Shown here: one piece after another, positions 19,332 through 27,593 of the stretch | Layout: each line of letters begins with the position of its first letter | Numbering within the stretch: position 1 is the first letter of the stretch | NCBI GenBank assembly: GCA_003280095.1 | Contig: QCGA01000004.1 | Coordinates: 151 to 64,150, forward strand | Direction: 5' to 3' | From: Prochlorococcus sp. AG-363-O16 | Lineage (GTDB): Bacteria > Cyanobacteriota > Cyanobacteriia > PCC-6307 > Cyanobiaceae | Length of the DNA stretch: 64,000 bases | Notes under the pieces: generated by a model | Told to the model about the DNA's origin: nothing | Database searches by the model: none | What the model saw: only the letters and a program-made list of their open reading frames with translations | Made by a program: the position numbers and the translations under genes

Positions 19332-19549
19332 AGGCAAAAAAAAAGACCCTTGCTAAGACGCGGGGCCTGGGTGATGGGGAATCTTTTTTCTAAGAGCAAA
19401 TCCCAATAAAAGCAACCCAAGTACTACTGGTGGTGTATTAACTTAAAATTAGGTAAAGGCAAATCTGTATCTAGTGTTATGGAAGGCATGGTTGCTTCAG
19501 ACTCTCATTAAAATCTCTACAGGTTGGGTGATGGGGTAATTGTTCGGCC
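19332..19549 (+). repeat. GGTGATGGGG-box module, copy A (two boxes: 19369-19378 and 19527-19536)
   Basis: It aligns along its length with copy B. Box 2 is flanked by the pairing arms GGTTG (19522-19526) and CGGCC (19545-19549). Confidence 0.75.
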
Positions 19550-19575
19550 TTTATTCCTTCTCTCCATAAATTGCT

Positions 19576-19977
19576 TTAGTCACTTTTTTTCTCTTTGTAC
19601 GCATGTCCTAAAAGTGGTTCAAGTCCAGTAACTCTTAAAGCTCCTACTCCTGTCGCCTCTAAGCGCACTAAAGGGGCAATACCATCTTCATAGGCTTGTT
19701 TCCACCTTGGGGCGCATAAACACCAGTGGTCACCTGGTCTTAGCCCTGAGAATTCATATTCAGGCATTGGTGTGGTCAGGTCATTGCCTTGTGCCTTGCT
19801 GTAAGTCAGAAAGGATTTCGTCATTACGCAACAGACAGTATGTTGTCCTAAATCTGTGGCGTCGGTTTTACAGAATCCATCCCTATACCATCCGGTCAAT
19901 GGCTCACAACTGCAAAGTTGTAGTGGCTCTCCTAATACGTTGAGAATGTCTGTTGATTTTGGGTTGCTTTTTGTCAT
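19576..19977 (-). CDS. conserved DUF2237-like protein
   Basis: ..NVLGEPLQLCSCEPLTGWYRDGFCKTD..GQHTVCCVMT..FL.YSKAQGNDLTTP..GLRPGDHWCLCAPRW.. matches my recollection of that family. Confidence 0.8.
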   Translation of the reverse strand: MTKSNPKSTDILNVLGEPLQLCSCEPLTGWYRDGFCKTDATDLGQHTVCCVMTKSFLTYSKAQGNDLTTPMPEYEFSGLRPGDHWCLCAPRWKQAYEDGIAPLVRLEATGVGALRVTGLEPLLGHAYKEKKSD

Positions 19978-20441
19978 GGACCTTTGAAGAGCGGTGATTC
20001 ATTCCTATTCGAATATAAATTAATTAATAGATGTTTTTTGGATCGTTTCAAGGATTGGTTTGGTTCCGTTCTTATATGTAGCCAAATTATCTTGGTAGAT
20101 AGGCATCCTTTCTGCATTTTAAGTGAATTTTTTGATTACACCTTTCTCTGGTTTTTTCTAATACTGCTTCTCGGTTAAGAGTATTGTTTATTGAATTTAT
20201 TTTAATTAAATTATCTTAGATGTTGGGTCGAAATATCCCTTATTTATTTATATTCTATTGACCGAATTCTCTTGTAAGAAAATTATTCAATAGAATCGAA
20301 TAACAAGTGTTTAATTGCTTAATAGCTTGAAAAAGAAAGTTTTACTTGACGGTAATATTGAAAATCTAATCACTATATATCTAGTAGATTTTGCCGAGTC
20401 AAAAATATATGCTATAAATATAGAACTAATCAAGTTTAAGC

Positions 20442-20597
20442 ATGATCAGTGAACCTCGGATTCAGGACTTAAAGCTAGAAGAGAAAGATTCTATTGATGA
20501 TTATTTTGAATGTGTGAATGAGTGTTCTCTTGATAGTCAAGGAGTTGAATGCGTAACTCAATGTATTGAAGTTCACCTTAAGGATGAGATGGAATAA
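20442..20597 (+). CDS. 51-aa acidic protein with twin CX3C motifs
   Basis: ATG at 20442 and TAA at 20595-20597. Motifs ECVNEC and ECVTQC. It falls below the track cut-off. Confidence 0.4.
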   Translation: MISEPRIQDLKLEEKDSIDDYFECVNECSLDSQGVECVTQCIEVHLKDEME

Positions 20598-20727
20598 AGA
20601 GATTGCCACGGCTATTTATTTGATCATTGCGGATTTTCCTTGGATTGATTTCTTTAATCCGTGCTCATATCTAGATGATTTTTGTACTGATCTAAGTCCT
20701 CCTTTAGTTCGATTCAATTCTGATTAA
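20584..20727 (+). CDS. 47-aa ORF overlapping the previous one by 14 nt
   Basis: ATG at 20584 and TAA at 20725-20727. Sequence MRWNKEIATAIYLIIADFPWIDFFNPCSYLDDFCTDLSPPLVRFNSD. Confidence 0.25.
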   Translation: MRWNKEIATAIYLIIADFPWIDFFNPCSYLDDFCTDLSPPLVRFNSD

Positions 20728-20921
20728 TTTCAAGAAAATAATATCAATACCTTGAAAACAATGAGAACCCTTTCCTTAATCTTTTCTGATTAGATTTGTA
20801 ATTAATATCTCTTCTGTATGTTTACTCTTGAATCGTCTCGTTTTAGATGAGAGGTTATGAGATATTCACGGTTCTGCGATCCGTCCTTTAGATTTATGTG
20901 GTTCAGTGGAGACTTTTCGGC

Positions 20922-21044
20922 ATGAGTGAAGAAGGAGGTGGAATGGTTCCAGGCCTTGTGGCCATTGCAGTATCTGTGGTTTTTGCAGCTGGTGTTGGTC
21001 TTCTTATACTTAAATTTGTTTCTTTTGACGTCCCTTCATTTTGA
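20922..21044 (+). CDS. 40-aa single-TM peptide
   Basis: ATG at 20922 and TGA at 21042-21044. Sequence MSEEGGGMVPGLVAIAVSVVFAAGVGLLILKFVSFDVPSF. The GAAGGAGG run within its first codons would suit a start at the internal Met8 instead. Confidence 0.35.
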   Translation: MSEEGGGMVPGLVAIAVSVVFAAGVGLLILKFVSFDVPSF

Positions 21045-21222
21045 TTAAAGGGCTTTAATTTCACTTCTCCATCAATTCAGGAGTGGTTTTTGGAGCGATG
21101 TAACACCTTTTTTAATTTAGGCCAGCATTTTCTATCCCTATGCTTGGCAAGAGGTGCATCAGCTTCTTTTTCCTTAATCTTTGAAGAATTATTTTCGGGA
21201 ATTTTACGTGAAATTTGTTCCT

Positions 21223-21603
21223 TTACCAGTCCCCATCAGTTAGCTTGGGCCGGGTTAAGGCAATGGTTAGCCCCCCAATTAATCCCAAATTCATAAAAAC
21301 AGCTTTTGGCTGGAATGGAAAGATATGGAAGATAATTGTGGTTGGGATGAGGAAGATGAGGAGGAGTGAGGCCCCGATCTTTTGATCTTTGCTAAAGATC
21401 AGCAGGGCTGATCCAGCAATTACACATGAAATTGCACAAAGCAATAGGAAGGCGGCTAGTGGCTCTGGGATCCCTCTACCGGCGATTGCTTCGACTACTG
21501 AAGAGAATTTAGTGATTTTGACTGGTATGGCAATTACAAATACTGCTGCCAAACAAATCCGACCTATCACATCAATTGATTTATGAAGAAGTGGGCGATG
21601 CAT
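21223..21603 (-). CDS. DoxX-family-like membrane protein
   Basis: 126 aa with four TM helices. The N-terminal pattern ..IGRICLAAVFVIAIPVKI.. is typical of DoxX-like proteins. Confidence 0.55.
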   Translation of the reverse strand: MHRPLLHKSIDVIGRICLAAVFVIAIPVKITKFSSVVEAIAGRGIPEPLAAFLLLCAISCVIAGSALLIFSKDQKIGASLLLIFLIPTTIIFHIFPFQPKAVFMNLGLIGGLTIALTRPKLTDGDW

Positions 21604-21971
21604 TAGAAGTGAGAATTATGACCAAATTTAGTCCAGCAAGGCTCGCTAGTTAATGAGGATGTCTAATTTTCTATACCTTGAAATTGCGATTTTTATTGGT
21701 TTGCGGTACTTATTTCTTTTGAAAGTTCTGATTTTTGGCTGCTTTATGATCTAATTCCCTCTTGGAAGAAGTCTTTGCATTGCTGCTTTATATCATTGCG
21801 TTTGATACTCATATGGTTGGGGAATGGGAAGAGATATATGAATTACTTCAATAAATCGATCTTTCTGGTGCCTTGGTTGTCGTGAACATACATACACTTT
21901 CTCTCTGCTTCGTGTTATGTGAACCATGTTTTGGATGAGGCTGGATATTGCCATATCTGATTTAATAGGAA

Positions 21972-22463
21972 ATGTTGATCATTGGATTCACCTTGATTTC
22001 TGATGTTGCTGCTAATGCTTTGGCGGCCTATGTTCATTACTTAAGTTTCATGCTTTGTTTTGGTGCGCTCGTATTTGAGCGTATTCGGATCAAAGCCGAT
22101 CCCAACCGGTCAGAAGCTATCGCAATCCTTGTGGCTGATGTTGTTTACGGTTTGGCTGGAATTGCACTTTTAGTTAGTGGGATACTAAGACTGATCTATT
22201 TCGGTCAAGGAGGAGGTTTCTATACTCAAAACCCTTTGTTCTGGGTAAAGATTGGTATATTTGTTGTAGTTGGTTTGCTATCACTTTATCCTACTATTAC
22301 ATATGTTTTATGGGCTATACCCTTGAGTAAGGGTGATTTGCCTCAGGTGACTAATCAGTTAGCTGAAAGGTTTAGATTGATCATTAATATTGAACTATTA
22401 GGTTTCGCTTCAATACCATTGTTCGCAGCTTTCATGGCTAGAGGAGTTGGTTTGCCTTCTTGA
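21972..22463 (+). CDS. conserved cyanobacterial membrane protein (DUF2214-like)
   Basis: 163 aa with 4-5 TM helices. Confidence 0.55.
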   Translation: MLIIGFTLISDVAANALAAYVHYLSFMLCFGALVFERIRIKADPNRSEAIAILVADVVYGLAGIALLVSGILRLIYFGQGGGFYTQNPLFWVKIGIFVVVGLLSLYPTITYVLWAIPLSKGDLPQVTNQLAERFRLIINIELLGFASIPLFAAFMARGVGLPS

Positions 22464-22607
22464 ATATAATTGATTTGTTTAATTTCTGATTATCCATAGA
22501 TTGAGGATTCTAGTTTCATATGACTATGGAAAATTAAAGTTCTTTCAAAGTATTTCTGTTCTTATTCGCTGTATTGCTTTTATTAAAGATTCCTCGATCG
22601 ATCTTTT

Positions 22608-22672
22608 TGATGCTTGATGCTTGATGCTTGATGCTTGATGCTTGATGCTTGATGCTTGATGCTTAATGCTTG
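22608..22672. repeat. heptanucleotide microsatellite (TGATGCT)x8 plus one degenerate unit
   Basis: Eight perfect units run from 22608 to 22663, followed by TAATGCT. The tract is intergenic. Confidence 0.95.
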
Positions 22673-22779
22673 TCAAAGTGCATTTGGCTTCTTTTATAGA
22701 GTTATTGTGTTGTAGATCAATTGATCTATTTTAAGAGGTTAATAGCATTACCTGGCAATTAATTATCAGCAAATAATAA

Positions 22780-23250
22780 ATGAAATTAGTTATGCAATGT
22801 AGTCATTGTGATAAATTTTGTACTTGTTTTCAAATACTCTTCGGAAAGCCATCTTTGCTTATGTCTGAGCTTCCATATCTAGTTGCCTTAGCTTTAATAG
22901 AGCAAGAAGGCATAAGGGCAATGCCTCTTGGTGGTAAGTCAATTAGGCATCCGATTACTAAAGACAGTGATCCTGGTGAATTAGGACAAACGCTTGCAAA
23001 AGAATTACTTCTTAGAGTCTTTCAGAGAAGTGAGGATGGACCCTTAAGAAGAGTAGAGGGGGATAGAAGTCTTTTATTGATTCAGGTTCAAATGGAAGCT
23101 ATGCAAGAAAGTATTCCTTTGATCAAGGCGGAATGGATAGCAACAGGCAATGGAGAAGCGTTTTTAGAGAAATTGGAAAAACTTTGTGATGGTGTATGGA
23201 GCTTAAATTTTACTAGGGATAATGGTATTCAGTTCTCAACTTTCCAATAA
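22780..23250 (+). CDS. hypothetical protein
   Basis: 156-aa ORF. The ATG at about 22861 (MSELPYLV..) is a plausible start. Confidence 0.45.
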   Translation: MKLVMQCSHCDKFCTCFQILFGKPSLLMSELPYLVALALIEQEGIRAMPLGGKSIRHPITKDSDPGELGQTLAKELLLRVFQRSEDGPLRRVEGDRSLLLIQVQMEAMQESIPLIKAEWIATGNGEAFLEKLEKLCDGVWSLNFTRDNGIQFSTFQ

Positions 23251-23479
23251 GTAACTATGGTTTCAGGAATTGTATTTTTTCGTAGAAACGATTATAAGAA
23301 CTTTCTTTGAGTTCAACTAACTAATTGGTTGCTGAAATTACAAGTGAACAGCATTTTTCAAACCTCTTATGATGGGATAAACCCGGCTTTGGAGGGAAGG
23401 TGACAAATCTCAAGATTTCTGATCAGTGATCTCGGTGTCTCCATAATGGATTTTGTGGTTGAAGTTTTGGATTACTTGA

Positions 23480-23731
23480 ATGACTGAAGATTTTTTTTCT
23501 AGACGCCTTAAGGGGAAAGAGCTTTTAGACTATGTTGAAACACACCTAGAAGAATTCCAAGGTGATGGAGATGCCCTTTGTCTTGCTGCAGGTTATGGGC
23601 AGGACAATGGACAGGGAACTACTAAATGCAACCTTTCTGAATTTGTTCGTGAGTTGGCTGAAGTTGCTGATCCCATTAAGTTAGAAGCGAGTGAGAAACA
23701 CGACGCTGAAGAAAGAGACCAAAAGCTTTAG
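23480..23731 (+). CDS. hypothetical acidic protein
   Basis: 83-aa ORF. Confidence 0.45.
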   Translation: MTEDFFSRRLKGKELLDYVETHLEEFQGDGDALCLAAGYGQDNGQGTTKCNLSEFVRELAEVADPIKLEASEKHDAEERDQKL

Positions 23732-23979
23732 TTGTTTTATTAAATTGCCATGACTAACTTATAGGTCTTGTAGATCTCTATTTCCATTCGCATACTGTGT
23801 CTTCTCTGATGGTTTAATCATGCTATTGATCTTTATCTATTAAACATATTTTTAACATTCAACTTGTTGGTTATGTTTCTATATGACTTTATGTATTCAA
23901 GAGTATTATGCTTATAATTCTACTAGCGTCATTATGATTTTTTTGAATTTTCAATAATCTATCTAATAAGGTTTTCAAT

Positions 23980-25365
23980 ATGAATACGGAAGAACAGGAA
24001 CAAAGGGCACGCGAATTAATTCAACAGGGAAAATTTCAAGATGCCGAATTAATTTATCGAACATTAGTTGCGTTAGGAACGAATAACTGTGTTTCTTATA
24101 GCAATCTTGCAGCCCTTCTTTGGAAGACTGGAAGGTATCGAGAAATGATAGATCTTCTTGAAAAATCTTTAGCAATTAATCCAAGATATTCAAAAGCTCA
24201 TCTCAATCTTGGGCTCGCCTTCCAGGCTGAAGGTGACCTTAAAGCTGCTATCACATCTTATTCTAAAGCTATAGAGTTTGAGCCAAAATATGCAGCAGCC
24301 TATAGCAACCTGGGATCTGCATACGTGGAAGTAGGGAGTTTTGATTTCGCAATAGATGCTTATAATAAAGCGATAGAGTTAAACCCTAACCATGAAGAAG
24401 CTCATGTCAATCTTGCGCAAGTTTTACTTCTTTTAGGGCACTATGAAAGAGGTTGGAAGGAATATGAGTGGAGATTGAAAGCTGGAAATAAGCGAGTCTT
24501 AAGTTTTGGGAATCTTAAGAGTTTAATAGATTCAAGATTGTCAGAAAAACGGAAAAAAATAACTGTATTTAGTGAACAGGGCTTGGGAGATAGCCTTCAA
24601 TTTTTACGTTATGTACCTTGTCTTTTTGAGAAGGGATTAGATGTTTCTTTGTGTGTTCAGACTAAGCTACATGATTTAGTTAAAGTTTCCAGGATCCACT
24701 CGAACCCTATGGATCCATCAGTTGTAAATAATGTTCCCAGTGACGAATTAATTCCTCTTCTTTCTTTGCCAAAAATATTAAATATTAGTAAGAAAAATCC
24801 ACTTACAACTTCAGCATATATATCAACAGATGATCAGTTGATATCTAAGTGGAGAGGTATTCTAGTTAAAGACAAAAGGCCCATTATTGCAATCAACTGG
24901 CAAGGGAATCCAAAGCATGAAAAGGCTTATTCTAGAGGTAGATCTTTACCTTTAGAGACCTTTTCTATTCTTGCGAAACAAACATCAATCAGGCTTCTTT
25001 CCTTGCAGAAAGGTTTTGGATCTGAACAATTGATAAATTGTTCATTTAGGGACCGTTTTGTTTCATGTCAGGAAGAGATAAGTCAAACATGGGACTTTCT
25101 TAATACAGCTGCAATAATTGCCAATTGTGATCTGGTGATTACTTGTGATACTGCTATGGCACATTTGTCGGGAGGGATGGGAAGGACCACTTGGACATTG
25201 CTGAAGAATGTGCCAGATTGGCGTTGGGGTAATGATAGTCAAATGGTATTTTGGTACCCATCAATGAGATTATTCCGTCAAAGAAAGAATGGAGATTGGC
25301 CTGAAGTTATGCAGAGGGTTTCTGAAAGTCTTCGGGAAAAGTTTACCTTGAACCTTTTAAGTTGA
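23980..25365 (+). CDS. TPR-repeat protein fused to a glycosyltransferase family 9 (heptosyltransferase)-like domain
   Basis: The N-terminus has about 5 TPR units (..AHLNLGLAFQAEGDLKAAI..YSKAIE..P..). The C-terminus carries ..EQGLGDSLQFLRYVP.. and ..CDLVITCDTAMAHLSGGMGRTTWTLL.. . Confidence 0.75.
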   Translation: MNTEEQEQRARELIQQGKFQDAELIYRTLVALGTNNCVSYSNLAALLWKTGRYREMIDLLEKSLAINPRYSKAHLNLGLAFQAEGDLKAAITSYSKAIEFEPKYAAAYSNLGSAYVEVGSFDFAIDAYNKAIELNPNHEEAHVNLAQVLLLLGHYERGWKEYEWRLKAGNKRVLSFGNLKSLIDSRLSEKRKKITVFSEQGLGDSLQFLRYVPCLFEKGLDVSLCVQTKLHDLVKVSRIHSNPMDPSVVNNVPSDELIPLLSLPKILNISKKNPLTTSAYISTDDQLISKWRGILVKDKRPIIAINWQGNPKHEKAYSRGRSLPLETFSILAKQTSIRLLSLQKGFGSEQLINCSFRDRFVSCQEEISQTWDFLNTAAIIANCDLVITCDTAMAHLSGGMGRTTWTLLKNVPDWRWGNDSQMVFWYPSMRLFRQRKNGDWPEVMQRVSESLREKFTLNLLS

Positions 25366-25490
25366 ATTGAATAATGGGTTGACTATATTCAAAATAGTTT
25401 TTTCTACTTATTAGATTATAATGTGGGTTGTTAAACTTACATTTCAAGTATTCCATTTGAGTATTTTATGGTTTTAGTTTAGGCATTTTG

Positions 25491-25534
25491 TCTGACACTA
25501 AAAAACCCTCACAAGAGGGTTTTTTAGTGTCAGA
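25491..25534. terminator. bidirectional intrinsic terminator with a 20-bp perfect stem
   Basis: TCTGACACTAAAAAACCCTC, loop ACAA, then GAGGGTTTTTTAGTGTCAGA. The GC core CCCTC/GAGGG is followed by a T-run on both strands. It lies between convergent genes. Confidence 0.8.
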
Positions 25535-25548
25535 AATTTAGTAAAGCC

Positions 25549-25722
25549 TTACTTGACGTAGCTAACACCTCTATAAGTAAGTTCGGAATTTACATTGCTT
25601 CGGGTTCTGGCTCTGCATGTGTTGTAGTGCTCTCGACGATAAGTGAGTTCAACACATTGTTGCTGCGCTTGAGCCTCTTTGTGCTGGACATAGTCATGTC
25701 CACGGTATAAAAGTGTAGTCAT
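25549..25722 (-). CDS. 57-aa YRG-repeat protein (DUF4278-like), candidate glutamine-riboswitch-controlled peptide
   Basis: ATG at 25722 and TAA at 25549-25551. Sequence MTTLLYRGHDYVQHKEAQAQQQCVELTYRREHYNTCRARTRSNVNSELTYRGVSYVK, with three L.YRG/R..Y repeats. It falls below the track cut-off. Confidence 0.6.
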   Translation of the reverse strand: MTTLLYRGHDYVQHKEAQAQQQCVELTYRREHYNTCRARTRSNVNSELTYRGVSYVK

Positions 25723-25740
25723 AATTCAGAGTCCGAAATT

Positions 25741-25804
25741 GGCCCAAGTCCCCGTTCCTTGGCTTGGGTCGAACTGCGCCTCGCCCATCAACGAGGTGAA
25801 CGCT
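25741..25804 (-). promoter_or_regulatory. glutamine riboswitch-like aptamer (glnA / Downstream-peptide type)
   Basis: Minus-strand RNA: AGCGUUCACCUCGUUGAUGGGCGAGGCGCAGUUCGACCCAAGCCAAGGAACGGGGACUUGGGCC. P1 is CGUUC/GAACG, the hairpin is CCUCG/CGAGG, and the pseudoknot helix is CCCAAG/CUUGGG. It ends 18 nt before the ATG of a short ORF. Confidence 0.65.
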
Positions 25805-25807
25805 TTG

Positions 25808-25821
25808 GTAGCCATTGCTAC
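25808..25821 (-). promoter_or_regulatory. perfect NtcA-type box GTA-N8-TAC beside the riboswitch
   Basis: GTAGCCATTGCTAC is palindromic. It lies 4 nt upstream of the 5' end of the aptamer. Confidence 0.5.
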
Positions 25822-26225
25822 AAAATCAGGTCTAGCACTGGTTGGCCGGCTTTTGCAAGACTTTTATAAAGAAAACAGGTTTTAGGTATTTGTTGATGAC
25901 TGCCCTTCTTAAAAAAAAGGTGGGGTGGGGGGAGTATTTTGAAGCCGAAGCTAGGTTTGCTAGTAATTGTCTCAACTTATAGAGCTATTTCGAAAAAAAA
26001 TTGGAAGATTGGGGTAGTTATCTTTTTGATGTGCCAGAAGTAGAAATATAGATAGGAAAGAGTTGATTCTGATGCCAATTAAACCCAAGAGGTTTTGGAT
26101 CCTTCCATATTTTAAGACTCAAACGATTAGACTTTCTTCTCTTGAGAACTATTCGTTAGTCAGAACGGATCAAAACATTTTCTAAGTACCAGAGCCCTCA
26201 ACAATTATTTAATCGCAAATCACAA

Positions 26226-26477
26226 ATGTTGAAGAGAGCAAAATCTCGAGGTTCCTCAAAGTTCCTTTCTGGAGAGACCAAAATCCGCAAGCGAGAGGTT
26301 TTCCCTGATGGGGATTGGTTAACTATTGACGATGATTTGGCCATGAGCGGTTGGGACACAGTTCAGAGAGAGGATATTCATGCTTGCTTAAGGAGAGGCA
26401 TGCCTCTGCCTTTTGCTGTTAGGCAAGTCGCGATCAAACTGGGTAGATGCCCTATTCGTTCGAAGTCATTTTTCTAG
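26226..26477 (+). CDS. hypothetical protein
   Basis: 83-aa ORF. Confidence 0.4.
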   Translation: MLKRAKSRGSSKFLSGETKIRKREVFPDGDWLTIDDDLAMSGWDTVQREDIHACLRRGMPLPFAVRQVAIKLGRCPIRSKSFF

Positions 26478-26572
26478 GGTTTGCTTTTGTCCAGCCTGCT
26501 GGCTCTTTGGTTAAGTGAGAATTCGAGAGTCAGCCTTTACCGGAAAATAACCTTGGTAACTATGGCTTCTCA

Positions 26573-26793
26573 AGGCAAGAAAAAAGACCCTTGCGAAATC
26601 CGCTGGGCCTTGGTGATGGGGTGACCTGTTTTTAAGGCAACTGATCACAAAATCAACCCCCACCATAAGTAGTGTTTGAACTTGAAGATAAGTAAAGCCA
26701 AATCTATATATGGTGTTACGAATACATGGGTAGCCCTTGACATTGATTATTATTTTCCACGTGGCCGGGTGATGGGGATCAGTCGGTCTGCCC
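26573..26793 (+). repeat. GGTGATGGGG-box module, copy B (two boxes: 26613-26622 and 26769-26778)
   Basis: It aligns with copy A. Box 1 is closed by GCCTT (26608-26612) and AAGGC (26635-26639). Box 2 is closed by GGCCG (26764-26768) and CGGTC (26785-26789). Confidence 0.8.
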
Positions 26794-26860
26794 AATGGGG
26801 GATATAGCCTTTAGATCCTGTCTTGAGGCTTCCTCCTGGTTCTTTATTGATCGAATGCCA

Positions 26861-27034
26861 TGAATCTTGGTTTACTTTTCCTTAATTCCATTTCTACAGG
26901 TGTAATAACCAAAGAGGAGATGGATTGGATTACTAGACATCAACGTGAGTTCTCAAGGATAGAAGAAGCTACAGCACTAAAACTTGGAAGGCTTTTAGAT
27001 AAGGGCTTGATCCATCTAGGCTGTCGAATTTGAG
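26861..27034 (+). CDS. 57-aa hypothetical protein (..EEMDWITRHQREFSRIEEATALKLGRLLDKGLIHLGCRI)
   Basis: ATG at 26861 and TGA at 27032-27034. It falls below the track cut-off. It starts 83 nt after box B2. Confidence 0.4.
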
Positions 27035-27102
27035 TATGAGCTCGATATCTCGAAGTCAATAGAGGTTGGATTTTTCAAGTCGGCTATAAATTTCCAAAGG
27101 AA

Positions 27103-27303
27103 CTAGGCCACTTTTTCCTTCTCTAGAGATCGGAGATAGCGTTTACGCTGCCCACTTCCTTCAATTTCAACCTGCCAGTTGCAGGTCAATCTTCGATGAG
27201 GTTTCTGAGTATTTAGAACTGATTGGAGCTTGGTGCGTTTTTTTGTTGGTTTATCCATGTGTCTTATTAAACACCATTGCTGAATTCCAGGGCCTAGAGC
27301 CAT
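27103..27303 (-). CDS. hypothetical basic small protein
   Basis: 66-aa track ORF. An internal start (MDKPTKKR..) is possible. Confidence 0.25.
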   Translation of the reverse strand: MALGPGIQQWCLIRHMDKPTKKRTKLQSVLNTQKPHRRLTCNWQVEIEGSGQRKRYLRSLEKEKVA

Positions 27304-27593
27304 TCAAGATTTCTTGAAAAAACCTTGAAAAAATAAAGCTTTCCCTTAGGCGTTTACACCTGCAGCTTCGTTCATTTAAATAGCTTTCAAATTATATATT
27401 TTTTAGATGTGCCCTCAAGATCGCTAATAATTGTTTAAAGAATCAATCTGACAACGCACCCCTACCTAGGAGTTTTTACTTTGATTATGGTTTATATAAA
27501 TGTTTGATAAATAATTTTTCAGATTCGTTTAATTACCAGGCAAAACAAGCTTTACTCTCTACTATTTTAATGAAAAGAATTTAAATTTTTGGT

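Noticed and set aside
19172-19420. Track ORFs 19172..19420(-) and 19179..19409(+), together with 26511..26795(-), which cover the GGTGATGGGG-box modules
   Set aside because: The conserved box and flanks are read in different frames in the different copies (SPHHQGPADFARVFF versus FPITQAPRLSKGLFF). The conservation is therefore at the nucleotide level, and I treat these as non-coding.
25770-25790. The riboswitch hairpin loop UUGAUGGG shares UGAUGGG with the GGTGATGGGG box
   Set aside because: A 7-mer match is expected several times by chance in 128 kb of two-strand sequence. It is also on the opposite strand to the box family, and the surrounding structure differs.
25918-25942. G-run AAGGTGGGGTGGGGGGAG as a possible G-quadruplex
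   Set aside because: It has only three G-tracts and lacks the canonical four-tract arrangement. No second copy was seen.
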